64,000 nt of DNA, taken from a virus (taxonomy: Duplodnaviria; Caudoviricetes). The stretch lies in the IMG/VR virus record IMGVR_UViG_2895476258_000013, positions 1 to 64,000 of that record, one strand, 5' to 3'. A model generated the notes under the pieces. It did no database searches, was not told where the DNA came from, and was given only the letters and a program-made list of their open reading frames with translations. Each line of letters starts with the position of its first letter. The first letter of the stretch is position 1. Position numbers and translations under genes: made by a program. This document shows, piece after piece, positions 9,559-18,789 of the stretch.

Positions 9559-9968
9559 CCGCCCTCGACCAGATCACCCCGTTGTCCGCCGAGCAGCGCG
9601 ACGCACTGATCAAGCTGCACGAGTACGACGAGCTCATCTTCGGCGGGTTCATCTGCCTGCACTGCACCCCGGACGACTGCGACGACCCGGACGACAACGT
9701 GTACTACCCGTGCCCGCCGCTGCGGGCCGTGGGAGTCACGAACGAAGAGGCCGTCCTCATCATCAAGCTGGCCCGAGCCGAGCGTGCCGCCAAGCATATG
9801 GGCGACGCCCTGACCAATGTCGGCACCGCTATGCAGAGCGCAGCCTCCACTGCCCACGAGCTCGGCGCGGGAGCGGGGATGGACGTCATCGTCGGTTACC
9901 TGTCCGATGCCGGGATGCTGCCCGCCGGTCTCCTCACTGAGCCCCAGGACGGGGGCGAGACCCGGTGA
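9555..9968 (+). CDS. Hypothetical protein
   Basis: GTGA coupled; CLHC...YYPC. Confidence 0.6.
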   Translation: MTALDQITPLSAEQRDALIKLHEYDELIFGGFICLHCTPDDCDDPDDNVYYPCPPLRAVGVTNEEAVLIIKLARAERAAKHMGDALTNVGTAMQSAASTAHELGAGAGMDVIVGYLSDAGMLPAGLLTEPQDGGETR

Positions 9969-10105
9969 GCCTCGACAACCTGGCCGCGATCGTCCACCTA
10001 TGGAACGCCGTCTCGGGCGGGACGCTGCTCCCCGTCGTCGCGGGGTTGTGGGTGTTCGTCATCGGATGCGCGCTCATCGCCGTGTGGCAGGTGCGCCGTG
10101 GCTGA
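9965..10105 (+). CDS. Small membrane protein (46 aa)
   Basis: Translated by hand: LLPVVAGLWVFVIGCALIAVWQVRRG. Confidence 0.55.
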   Translation: MSLDNLAAIVHLWNAVSGGTLLPVVAGLWVFVIGCALIAVWQVRRG

Positions 10106-10304
10106 CCTGATCCGCAACGTCCTCACTGGGGTCGGCGGCCTCGTAGTCCTCGCTGCCGTGGTCTTCGCCGCCCTGTGGGCGCGAACGAGGCGCAGGGAGG
10201 CTCCCAAGCCGCTGCCGAACTCCGACCTGCCCGCTATCCCTCCCAACGACTACCAGGCCCTGTGGAACGACTTCGACGCGTGGGAGCGGGGTGAGAGGCC
10301 GTGA
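10098..10304 (+). CDS. Small membrane protein
   Basis: N-terminal TM VGGLVVLAAVVFAALWA. Confidence 0.6.
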   Translation: MADLIRNVLTGVGGLVVLAAVVFAALWARTRRREAPKPLPNSDLPAIPPNDYQALWNDFDAWERGERP

Positions 10305-10409
10305 TCGGCTTCGCTGCCCGCCTGTCGGCCTGGAGCGTCGCCTGGGCCGTGCACCACCTGCTGAGCGCCCTGTGTCCTGCTGACCTCCACGACGTCGAGG
10401 AGGACGGCG

Positions 10410-11567
10410 ATGACGCCTGACCTCAACGTGGATCTGTTCGGTGGCCCTGGCGGCTGGGCGGTGGCCCTTAGGAAGCTCGGCCTGCGTGAGGTCGGCCTGG
10501 AGTGGGACACCTCGGCATGCAAGACCCGGGCCGCGGCTGGGCATCCGACGATCCAGTGTGACGTCGCCGCCTACCCGACCGAACCGTTCAAAGCCCGCAC
10601 CAAGGGCCTCATCAACTCGGCCCCTTGTCAGGCGTGGTCCCGAGCTGGCAAGGGCCTTGGGCTGAAGGACCAGCCGCTCGTTCATGAGGCTGTCCACGAC
10701 CTGTCCCAGGGCCGCGACACCCGCGCCAGGCTGCTCGCGGCCTGCCGTGACCCGCGGTCCCTGCTGGCCGCGGAGCCGATGCGCTGGCTGTACGACCTGC
10801 GCCCCGAATGGACCGCCATGGAAGAGGTGCCGGACGTGCTGCCGCTGTGGAAGCAGTACGCCGAGGTGTTACGCGGCTGGGGCTACAGCGTGTGGTGCGG
10901 CGAGCTCAACGCCGCCAACTACGGCGTGCCGCAGACCCGGCGCCGTGCGATCCTCATCGCCTCCCGCGTCCGATCCGTAACCGCCCCGGCGCCGACCCAC
11001 ACCCAGCACCCGGCAGGGGACGATCTGTTCGGCGGTTCCCTGGCGGGCTGGGTGTCCATGGCCGAGGCTCTCGGCTGGGGAGCGACGGACCGTGTCTCGC
11101 CGACTGTGACGGCTGGTGGGGGCAAGACGGGCGGTCCCGAGCCGTTCCCCACTCAAGCGCGCCAGGCGCTTCTCAACGCGCAGGAGCGTGGCGCGTGGGT
11201 GTTGCGGACATCGTTTGGTGAACCGTCAGGCGCCAGCGGGACGCATGAGATGGATCCCTTTGTGCGACCCGCCCATGTCGTCACCACCAAGGCCAAAGAC
11301 TGGGCCCTGTCTCGCCCGGCCACCACCGTGTGCGCAACTGACCGGATTGGCGAGTCGCAGTTTGCCAGCCCAGACACGGTGCGGATCACTGTTCGGGAGG
11401 CGGCGATCCTGCAGTCCTTCCCCGCTGACTATCCGTGGAGCGGAACGAAGACCAAGCAGTTCGAGCAGATCGGCAACGCCGTCCCGCCTCTCCTGGCCGC
11501 TCACGTCGTGGCCGCTGCCACCGGTCTTCCCCTGCCTGCCCACATCCGTCAGGAGGCAGCGGCATGA
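10410..11567 (+). CDS. DNA (cytosine-5) methyltransferase
   Basis: DLFGGPGG, catalytic PCQ, EEV, LNAANYGVPQTRRR, QIGNAVPP. Confidence 0.92.
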   Translation: MTPDLNVDLFGGPGGWAVALRKLGLREVGLEWDTSACKTRAAAGHPTIQCDVAAYPTEPFKARTKGLINSAPCQAWSRAGKGLGLKDQPLVHEAVHDLSQGRDTRARLLAACRDPRSLLAAEPMRWLYDLRPEWTAMEEVPDVLPLWKQYAEVLRGWGYSVWCGELNAANYGVPQTRRRAILIASRVRSVTAPAPTHTQHPAGDDLFGGSLAGWVSMAEALGWGATDRVSPTVTAGGGKTGGPEPFPTQARQALLNAQERGAWVLRTSFGEPSGASGTHEMDPFVRPAHVVTTKAKDWALSRPATTVCATDRIGESQFASPDTVRITVREAAILQSFPADYPWSGTKTKQFEQIGNAVPPLLAAHVVAAATGLPLPAHIRQEAAA

Positions 11568-12007
11568 CCTCTCCCACCCCGCGCACGTGGACCATCACCC
11601 TGCCCGCCGGCGTCAAGCTGCTCAACGCCAACGACCGGCTGCATTGGGCCGCCGAAGCGCGGATCACGAAGGACCTGCGGACGCTCGGCCACGTGCTCGC
11701 CCTGAAGGCGAAGATCCCGCACCTGGAACGCGCCCACATCGTGTGCGTCTACCAGCCGCCCGACCGGCGGGCGCGAGACTCCGCGAACCTGCACCCCACG
11801 GTGAAAGCGCTGGTCGACGGCATGGTGTCGGACGCCAAAATCCTGCCCGACGATTCCAGCCGCTACCTGTCGGGGCCGCTAGTGGAGATCGGCGAGGTGT
11901 ACCCGAAGGGCCGCATGGTCCTTCACATCGCCGAGGTTCTCCCGCCTGAGCCGGACGGCCTGTTTCCCGCCCCTGACCAGACCCACGAGAGAGGGCCGCT
12001 GCTGTGA
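11564..12007 (+). CDS. rusA: RusA-like Holliday junction resolvase
   Basis: RRARDSANLHPTVKALVDGMV...LPDDS. Confidence 0.8.
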   Translation: MTSPTPRTWTITLPAGVKLLNANDRLHWAAEARITKDLRTLGHVLALKAKIPHLERAHIVCVYQPPDRRARDSANLHPTVKALVDGMVSDAKILPDDSSRYLSGPLVEIGEVYPKGRMVLHIAEVLPPEPDGLFPAPDQTHERGPLL

Positions 12008-12228
12008 AGCTCCGATTGAGCTCTACCGAGTGGACGGAGATCCGCCTCATCGGCTCCCAGAGGGCCGTTGAGGGCGCGGTGCGGATCCTCGCCGAGTGCG
12101 GTGCTGAGATCCGCTCCGACACGGGCACCAAGCCCGCTCAGAAGGGCAAGGACGGCAAGGTCCGCCGGTATCTCGTGGCTCGCCTCGCCGCGGCTCTTCC
12201 CGTACAGGAGGAGACCCGCGATGCCTGA
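12004..12228 (+). CDS. Hypothetical protein
   Basis: GTGA coupled. Confidence 0.55.
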   Translation: MKLRLSSTEWTEIRLIGSQRAVEGAVRILAECGAEIRSDTGTKPAQKGKDGKVRRYLVARLAAALPVQEETRDA

Positions 12229-12997
12229 ACCGTATTTCAAGAGCGACGGCGTTGAGCTGTACCTCGGCGACTGCCGCGAGGTGCTGCCCGCGCTCGGCGT
12301 CAAGGCCGATCTAGTGCTGGCGGATCCTCCGTACGAGGAAACCTCGTTGAAGTGGGATCGCTGGCCGGACGGCTGGCTCGAGGTAGCCGCGAGCGTCAGC
12401 AAGAGCCTCTGGTGCTTCGGTTCCATCCGCATGTTCCTCGAGCACCATGGCGAGTTCGACGCCGCGTGCTGGCGACTGGCACAAGACATCGTGTGGGAGA
12501 AGCACAACGGAAGCGGCTTCCAAACGGACCGGTTCAAACGCGTCCATGAACACGCGCTCCACTGGTATCGGGGCGAGTGGCGCGACCAGCACCTGGACGT
12601 TCCCCGCATCGCCTCAGCCGACCCTAGCGACCTGCGCACCCGCAAGCCGCGTGTCAGCAACGCCCCACACATGGGGGCGATCACCTCCACCGAGCACACC
12701 CGCCGGGACGGCACCCGGTTGATGCGGTCGGTCATTCAGGTGAAGTCGATGAAGGGAAAGGCCCTGCACCCCACCGAGAAGCCGCTGGGGATCTTGGAGC
12801 CGCTACTCCGGTATTCCTGCCCGCTTGGCGGTCTCGTTGTCGATCCGTTCGCCGGGTCCGCCTCCACGTTGGTCGCTGCTCGCCTGTCGGGCCGTCGCGC
12901 GATCGGCGTGGAGGGCTGGGAGCCCTACGCCGAGAAGGCCGCTCTCCGCCTGTCTCAAGCCCCTTTGGACCTGTTCTCGGAGGTCTCCGATGCCTAA
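12221..12997 (+). CDS. DNA N6-adenine/N4-cytosine methyltransferase
   Basis: LYLGDC, DPPY, HPTEKP, VDPFAGSAST. Confidence 0.92.
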   Translation: MPEPYFKSDGVELYLGDCREVLPALGVKADLVLADPPYEETSLKWDRWPDGWLEVAASVSKSLWCFGSIRMFLEHHGEFDAACWRLAQDIVWEKHNGSGFQTDRFKRVHEHALHWYRGEWRDQHLDVPRIASADPSDLRTRKPRVSNAPHMGAITSTEHTRRDGTRLMRSVIQVKSMKGKALHPTEKPLGILEPLLRYSCPLGGLVVDPFAGSASTLVAARLSGRRAIGVEGWEPYAEKAALRLSQAPLDLFSEVSDA

Positions 12998-13035
12998 CCC
13001 GACGATCTTGGTTCCCTCCCGGAGAGGAGCAGACC

Positions 13036-13515
13036 ATGGCGAGTAGCCGTATGAAGCTTGCCCGCCCACGCCCGAGCTGGGCGTGGCAGGACGACAGCGC
13101 GTGCAGGGGCGAGGACCTTGTCCTGTTCTTCGGCCCCGACGGCGAACGCCAGCCTGAACGTGACGTGCGAGAGCGCAAGGCCAAGGCGGTCTGCTCCCAG
13201 TGCCCGGTCCGCGCTGCTTGCTTGGACTACGCGCTGTCCCGCAACGAGAAGACAGGTCTTTGGGGAGGACTCTCTGAGGACGAGCGGGCATCTGAGCGGC
13301 GCCGGCGGATGCGCCGCGGCGCCTCGCTGGCGGAGGTTTCCGTCCTTCCCGGGTTCAAGCGGTGCCGCGCCTGCCGTGAGACCAAGTCCGTGAAGGAGTT
13401 CAGCCGCAACGCCAAGCACTTCGACGGGCTGAGCATGCGGTGCCGTGCGTGCATCCAGAAGTCACGCAAGCCGACGTGGGCGCGATCGGATGAGCAAGAG
13501 CTGGAGGCGTCATGA
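13036..13515 (+). CDS. whiB: WhiB-family Fe-S transcription factor with extra C-terminal Cys domain
   Basis: WQDDSAC...FFG...AKAVCSQCPVRAAC...GLWGG. Confidence 0.9.
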   Translation: MASSRMKLARPRPSWAWQDDSACRGEDLVLFFGPDGERQPERDVRERKAKAVCSQCPVRAACLDYALSRNEKTGLWGGLSEDERASERRRRMRRGASLAEVSVLPGFKRCRACRETKSVKEFSRNAKHFDGLSMRCRACIQKSRKPTWARSDEQELEAS

Positions 13516-13618
13516 GGACGTCACCTCGCAAAAGCCGCAATGGATCTGCCGCCAAACCTGATGAACAGAGCGGTAGGACCGTTTGGTCCTGCTTTCGCCT
13601 GCTCACTCAGGAGTCCCC

Positions 13619-14770
13619 ATGGCCGTAAGCAAGCGCCTCCGTGCCGAGATCTTCCGCCGCGACAACCACACTTGTCAGAGTTGCGGGGCTACGGCCCCAG
13701 ACGTGAAGCTCGAGCCCGACCACGTCATTCCCGTGACGCTAGGCGGCTCCGACGACCCGTCCAACCTGCAGACCCTCTGCGAGAGCTGCAACGCGGGCAA
13801 GTCGGCCACGCCGCCCGACGCGGCTGTTGTGGCACAGGTCTCCGAGCAGGCACTTCGATGGGTGGCGGCTCAATCGCAGGCCGCCAAGACGATGCTCGCA
13901 GACCTGCAGACTGTCAAAGCGAGGCGCAAGCGGTTCCGCGAGGAGTGGAACCTGTGGACCTGTGGCGACGAACACCGGCAATTCGACCTTCCGCCTGCGT
14001 GGGAGGACAGCGTAGACCGCCTGTTCGCGGCTGGTGTGCCTGAGGAAATTCTCTATGAGTGCATGGCCGCCGCCATGCGCAGCGACATGGTCAAGGCGGA
14101 AAACAAGTTCCGCTACATGGCGGGCGCCGCCTGGAAACGGGTCGAGGCTCTTCAAGAGCACACGTACGGACTGCTGGGGACTTCCGCGCCACAAGGGGGC
14201 CAGGATGCCCCGGACCAGAGCTGTGATGTCCGGTGGGCGCTCACGTACCTCTTGAAGGCCGAGCCGGACAACACGTACGAGCACTACAGGGTCATCGCGA
14301 CGGAATATCTCGACGTCATGCATCAGGAGTATTCCGAGGACCACGTGTTGGTTCACATGGCGCTCTTCCTCGTTCAGACGCGCGAGGCCGAGGCGTATCT
14401 GGCATCGCTTGATTCAGAGGAAGCCGCGGAGTGGACACGGGTCGCCAGGGCTGCGTACAGCCGCACCTGTCCGCCAGAAAAGAAGATCGTGCTTGCGGCC
14501 GGCGGGTGGGCTAAGGCGTGGAAAGAGCATCGGGTTGTCCAGCCCGGTATGTGCAGCTCGGCGGGTGACCACGGCGCGTCCTGTCCACGGCGCCGAAGCT
14601 TCGAGGTGACCTACGAGAACTGTCCTGGCTGTACGGAGAAGGGCCACGCCTGTGCGGGCGGTCATCCCCTCTGTGAAGAGCACATGGAACTGCTTCTCGC
14701 GGGCGATCTTCGCAGCCTGCGGAACGGTGAACTCCTTGTGGCCAGCGACTTCTCCCCAATGGAGGGCTAA
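13619..14770 (+). CDS. HNH endonuclease with long uncharacterised C-terminal region
   Basis: RRDNHTCQSCG...DHVIPVTLGGSDDPSNLQTLCESCNAGKS. Confidence 0.85.
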   Translation: MAVSKRLRAEIFRRDNHTCQSCGATAPDVKLEPDHVIPVTLGGSDDPSNLQTLCESCNAGKSATPPDAAVVAQVSEQALRWVAAQSQAAKTMLADLQTVKARRKRFREEWNLWTCGDEHRQFDLPPAWEDSVDRLFAAGVPEEILYECMAAAMRSDMVKAENKFRYMAGAAWKRVEALQEHTYGLLGTSAPQGGQDAPDQSCDVRWALTYLLKAEPDNTYEHYRVIATEYLDVMHQEYSEDHVLVHMALFLVQTREAEAYLASLDSEEAAEWTRVARAAYSRTCPPEKKIVLAAGGWAKAWKEHRVVQPGMCSSAGDHGASCPRRRSFEVTYENCPGCTEKGHACAGGHPLCEEHMELLLAGDLRSLRNGELLVASDFSPMEG

Positions 14771-14836
14771 TGGCTCAAAGACCTACGCGCTTCTCCTCGT
14801 CCTTCTAATCCCCGCTCCAAGGAAAGGCACGCTCTC

Positions 14837-15754
14837 GTGGCACGAATCCGCAGCATCAAGCCGGAGTTCTGGTCGGACCGGTCGATGGCCCGTGTCTCCC
14901 GTGATGCTCGGCTGCTCTATATCGCGCTGTGGAACCAGGCCGACGAGCACGGCCGGCTTCATGGCGATGCTCGCTGGATAAAAGGGCATTGCCTGCCGTA
15001 CGAGGATGACCTCGATTTGGCGGATATCGACCGCCTGCTTGATGAGTTGGCCAAGGCGGGCAAGGTCCAGCGGTACATCACGGAGGAGGACCCTTACGTC
15101 TTCCTGCCGAACTTGAGCAAGCATCAGCGTCTCGAAGCTGGCAAGGTGCCAAGCCGTCTCCCGGACCCGCCCGAGCCGGACGACGATCCGTCTGCGCGCG
15201 GCGCGGACAAGTCTGCGCGAGACTCGGATATCCACAACGGTGGAGAACTCGATTCTGATGCATCGAAGCACGTCAGACCTAGTGCGCAGATCGGCGCGGA
15301 CAAGTCTGCGCGAGACTCGGACGAATCGGAGCCGATTGTCGCTCTGCATGTAGCAGGTAGCAGGTTGCATGCAGCAGGCAGCAGCGACGCGCGTGCCCGC
15401 GCACGCGAAGAGCCGCCGCCGCTGCCGCATGAACTTTCAGAACCCGTCCGCCGCCTTCGGCGTCAACTCGAAGACGCCCGGCTCCTCGTCCGCTGGGACA
15501 AGCTCGACAGCGATCAGGTTGCTGAGATCACCGTCCTCGTGGAAATCCACGGCATGGAGCGCCTGGTCAAGGCGGCTCTGGCGGCGTACCAGCCCAACCG
15601 GCCGCCCGCATTCGCTCAGGCATGGCTCGCTACGTGGCGGGCCTTGCCATCTCCGACCGAGCGCCTCCGTGTGGTCGCGGATACCTGCTCGGCTCATTTC
15701 CTTCCGACGCCGTGCCGTGGCTGCGCGGCGGATGTTCTGGCAGGTGAAGCGTGA
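14837..15754 (+). CDS. Phage replication initiator (replisome organiser-type)
   Basis: MARIRSIKPEFWSD...ARLLYIALWNQADEHGR N-terminus; internal DNA repeats. Confidence 0.8.
   Translation: MARIRSIKPEFWSDRSMARVSRDARLLYIALWNQADEHGRLHGDARWIKGHCLPYEDDLDLADIDRLLDELAKAGKVQRYITEEDPYVFLPNLSKHQRLEAGKVPSRLPDPPEPDDDPSARGADKSARDSDIHNGGELDSDASKHVRPSAQIGADKSARDSDESEPIVALHVAGSRLHAAGSSDARARAREEPPPLPHELSEPVRRLRRQLEDARLLVRWDKLDSDQVAEITVLVEIHGMERLVKAALAAYQPNRPPAFAQAWLATWRALPSPTERLRVVADTCSAHFLPTPCRGCAADVLAGEA
15199..15321 (+). repeat. Two identical 30-bp direct repeats (iteron-like) in the initiator gene
   Basis: CGGCGCGGACAAGTCTGCGCGAGACTCGGA at 15199-15228 and 15292-15321. Confidence 0.85.
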
Positions 15755-16059
15755 CCAGCACCGATTTGGACCAGGCCACCCGCGAGGCGGTGGCCGCCCT
15801 CGTACACCGGATCCGGGAGCGCGACTTCGCCTCGGAGGAGGACAAGCCCGACGCGGAGCCGTTCGCGCTGGAGTTCGTGATGGCGATGAGGTTCCGCGGC
15901 TGGCGCCCGACGCCGGCGCAGGCCGCGGTGTCGTGGCCTCCGCCCGTGGGCCGCGGCGCCGACCCGGCCAAGCACGCCGACGCGCTGGCCGAAGCCCGTA
16001 TCGACTGCGCCAACGCCGCGGCCAAGTTGCGGTCCGACGAGAGCGAGAGGACTCCATGA
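15751..16059 (+). CDS. Hypothetical protein
   Basis: GTGA coupled. Confidence 0.6.
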   Translation: MTSTDLDQATREAVAALVHRIRERDFASEEDKPDAEPFALEFVMAMRFRGWRPTPAQAAVSWPPPVGRGADPAKHADALAEARIDCANAAAKLRSDESERTP

Positions 16060-16358
16060 GCGCCGACCTAGACGAGCTCGTCGACCAGATGCTTGGCCCG
16101 GCCACCCGGCTGGTGTGCGCGGTTCAGGACTTCGACCCCGAGGAGTCCCACGCGATCCTCGAACCGCTCGACGCGGTCGAGCTTCGCAGCTTGGCTGTGG
16201 CTTTGGCCGCGCTGGTTCCGGACGACATGGCCCTTGAGGTGCTGCTCGCCTGGTCCCGCAACGAGGGGCCGATATCGCCGCGAAAGGCGCGCGTGAACCG
16301 CCGGCGGCTTGAGTCCGAGGTTGCCGAGCACGAGCAGCGCAAGCGGAGCGCCGCTTGA
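16056..16358 (+). CDS. Hypothetical protein
   Basis: ATGA coupled; MSADLDELVDQML. Confidence 0.6.
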   Translation: MSADLDELVDQMLGPATRLVCAVQDFDPEESHAILEPLDAVELRSLAVALAALVPDDMALEVLLAWSRNEGPISPRKARVNRRRLESEVAEHEQRKRSAA

Positions 16359-16530
16359 CCCGGCTCTCCGACCCGATCGGGGAGGAGCCGGCGCTCCTCC
16401 CAGGACCCGACACGAGCGGGGAGCGCGGATGAATCGGACACATCGTCCACAACCTGTGCAAATAGCTGTGGACGGGGGCGCATGAGTTGTTCACCGGACA
16501 GACATGACAACGACCCGAAGGAGAACCGTA

Positions 16531-17034
16531 ATGGCTGACACCAAGATCGACACCCGCATCCCATGCGGCAACGAGGACCACGAGGAGCGCACGCCTGCCG
16601 TCGCTCGGCTGTCGTGGCCGGACGGCCGGTTCCGCCCGACGACGGCCTGCCGGGAGGACCTGGAGGACACGTTCTTGGAGGCAATCGATGAGCGGCTGAC
16701 GCTGCTGATCGAGCCGATCAAGCCCGAAGGCGAGCGCAAGGGCTCGAAGGACTACACCGAGGCGATCCGCGAAGTGGAGAGGGCTTACCGCAACTCCTAC
16801 TCGGAGCCGGTGCGGGCGATCCTCCTGGAGGCGCAGGACATGCCGGGCTACGACATGCTGCCCGACACGCTGGAGGAGCGGCAGCAACTCCCGGCCCGCT
16901 TCCACGTCCCCAGGTGGGACGGCGTGGGAGAGCCGAACCTGTGGCTGTGTGCGGTCTGCTGGGACGAGGGCACCGTGACGCAGTGGCCGTGCAAGGCCGC
17001 TTCGGAGCACGGGGGCGAGGTGTTCGCCCGATGA
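16531..17034 (+). CDS. Hypothetical protein
   Basis: AAGGAG RBS; C-terminal LCAVCW...WPC. Confidence 0.6.
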   Translation: MADTKIDTRIPCGNEDHEERTPAVARLSWPDGRFRPTTACREDLEDTFLEAIDERLTLLIEPIKPEGERKGSKDYTEAIREVERAYRNSYSEPVRAILLEAQDMPGYDMLPDTLEERQQLPARFHVPRWDGVGEPNLWLCAVCWDEGTVTQWPCKAASEHGGEVFAR

Positions 17035-18500
17035 GCGACAAGACGGGCATCTCCTGGAGCGATGCCACGTGGAACCCGATCATCGGCTGCACGAAGGTCA
17101 GCCCCGGCTGCGATCACTGCTACCCGATCCCGCTGTCCCGCATCCGGGAGAAGAACCCCAACCCGAAGGTGGCCGCCGCGTTCGCTGGGGTCGTCGAGCA
17201 GACCGAGAGCGGGCTGGACTGGACTGGTCGCGTCAACCTTCTGCCGGAGCGTCTGGACCAGCCGTTGCGGTGGCGCAAGCCGCGCCGCGTCTTCGTCAAC
17301 AGCCTCGCCGATCTCTTCCATGAGGCCGTGCCAGACCAGTTCATCGCCAAGGTGTTCGCGGTCATGGCGCTGGCTCCGCAGCATTCCTTCCAGGTCCTCA
17401 GCAAGCGGCATGCCCGGATGCGCAGCCTCCTGGCCAACCCCGAGTTCCCTCACGCGGTGGCGCGGGCAATGGACGCCGTGCAGGTCGATCTGGAGCACGA
17501 CCCTGCGGAGTTGTGGAAACCCATCCCGGGCTTAGAGGGGTACGAGGCGTCCTCTCACGGGCGCGTGCGGGGCGAGACCGGTTTATTGGCAACCTGCATA
17601 AATCCACGGTCCGGACGGGAGACAGTGACGCTGTGGAACCGAGGAGAGCCGAAGACCCTTACGGTTCACCGCCTGGTTCTCACGGCTCACTCTGCTGATG
17701 ACCAGCCAGGCGCAGAAGTGTGTCACCGCAACGGAGACAAGCGAGACAACAGACTCGCCAACCTCCGGTGGGGAACCCGGTCGGAGAACCAGCGGGAGAA
17801 GGTCCGACACGGATCACGAGGAGGTCCCCAGAAACTCACGCCCGCAGAGGTCGAGGAGATCCGGGCGGCACGTCGAACCGGGCTCACTCAGCAGGCGCTA
17901 GCAGACCGGTTCGGCATTTCCAGGTCCCTCGTGAGCCTGATCGAGAGCGGCCGGGTTTGGAGCGGCCCCGACATCCCATGGCCGCTCCCGAACGTCTGGA
18001 TCGGCGTATCTTGCGAGAACCAGCAGTGGGCGGACATCCGAATCCCGGCACTCTTGGAGACGCCCGCTGCCGTCCGGTGGATCTCCGCTGAGCCTCTACT
18101 TGGACCTATCATCCTGCGCGATGACTGGCTCGGCGCTGACCCGTACCGGCGTGACGAGCCGTCGCTCAACTGGGTCGTGGCCGGGGGTGAGTCCGGACCT
18201 GGAGCGCGGCCGATGCACCCGAAATGGGTCAAGGACCTGCGCGACCAATGCCAGCAGGCAGGCGTCGCCTATCACTTCAAACAGTGGGGCGAGTGGCGTC
18301 CACAGCCCCGCTACTCGACCGACGACCGCCATCACCTGGTGATGCTGAACGGCATGGACCGGGGCACGCCGTGGCCCGGGTGGGGACTCGACCAGCCCGA
18401 GGCAGAGGTGATGGAGCGCGTCGGTAAGAAGCGCGCCGGCCGCGAGCTGGATGGGCGGACTTGGGACGAGTTCCCGCAGGAGGTGGCCGTCCATGGCTGA
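17031..18500 (+). CDS. Gp37/Gp68 (DUF5131) protein with in-frame NUMOD4-HNH-HTH insertion
   Basis: TWNPIIGCTKVSPGCDHCY, VFVNSLADLFH, NVWIGVSCENQ, SAEPLLGP, VAGGESGP, FKQWG. Confidence 0.88.
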   Translation: MSDKTGISWSDATWNPIIGCTKVSPGCDHCYPIPLSRIREKNPNPKVAAAFAGVVEQTESGLDWTGRVNLLPERLDQPLRWRKPRRVFVNSLADLFHEAVPDQFIAKVFAVMALAPQHSFQVLSKRHARMRSLLANPEFPHAVARAMDAVQVDLEHDPAELWKPIPGLEGYEASSHGRVRGETGLLATCINPRSGRETVTLWNRGEPKTLTVHRLVLTAHSADDQPGAEVCHRNGDKRDNRLANLRWGTRSENQREKVRHGSRGGPQKLTPAEVEEIRAARRTGLTQQALADRFGISRSLVSLIESGRVWSGPDIPWPLPNVWIGVSCENQQWADIRIPALLETPAAVRWISAEPLLGPIILRDDWLGADPYRRDEPSLNWVVAGGESGPGARPMHPKWVKDLRDQCQQAGVAYHFKQWGEWRPQPRYSTDDRHHLVMLNGMDRGTPWPGWGLDQPEAEVMERVGKKRAGRELDGRTWDEFPQEVAVHG

Positions 18501-18789
18501 CACCAAGACAGAGAAGACCGTCGCCTCCGAGCTCCTCACCGCCGCCACTCGGCTCCGCTGCACCACCCACTCTTTCCCGCGCAACGCGATCAGCGAGAGT
18601 CCCTGCGAGCGCTGCGGCATCTCGGCCCACAACGCGTGGATCACCGTCGTCAATCCAGCCCTGGCTGAGCCTCTCGCCTCCTGGCTGGAGTCCTGGGACG
18701 GGGTCGAACTCCGCGAGGACGGCCCGCTACCGGCTGATTTCGAGTTCGCCCTGAGGATCGCCCGGGTCTTGAACGGGACCACCTCGTGA
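18493..18789 (+). CDS. Hypothetical protein
   Basis: Overlaps upstream stop; CERC. Confidence 0.55.
   Translation: MADTKTEKTVASELLTAATRLRCTTHSFPRNAISESPCERCGISAHNAWITVVNPALAEPLASWLESWDGVELREDGPLPADFEFALRIARVLNGTTS

Noticed and set aside
15199-15321. CRISPR-like repeat-spacer
   Set aside because: Only two copies, inside a coding gene, 63-bp gap, no cas genes
17508-17963. Intein or group I intron in DUF5131
   Set aside because: No Cys/Ser start, no His-Asn plus nucleophile end, HNH rather than LAGLIDADG, frame open throughout and no intron-like flanks
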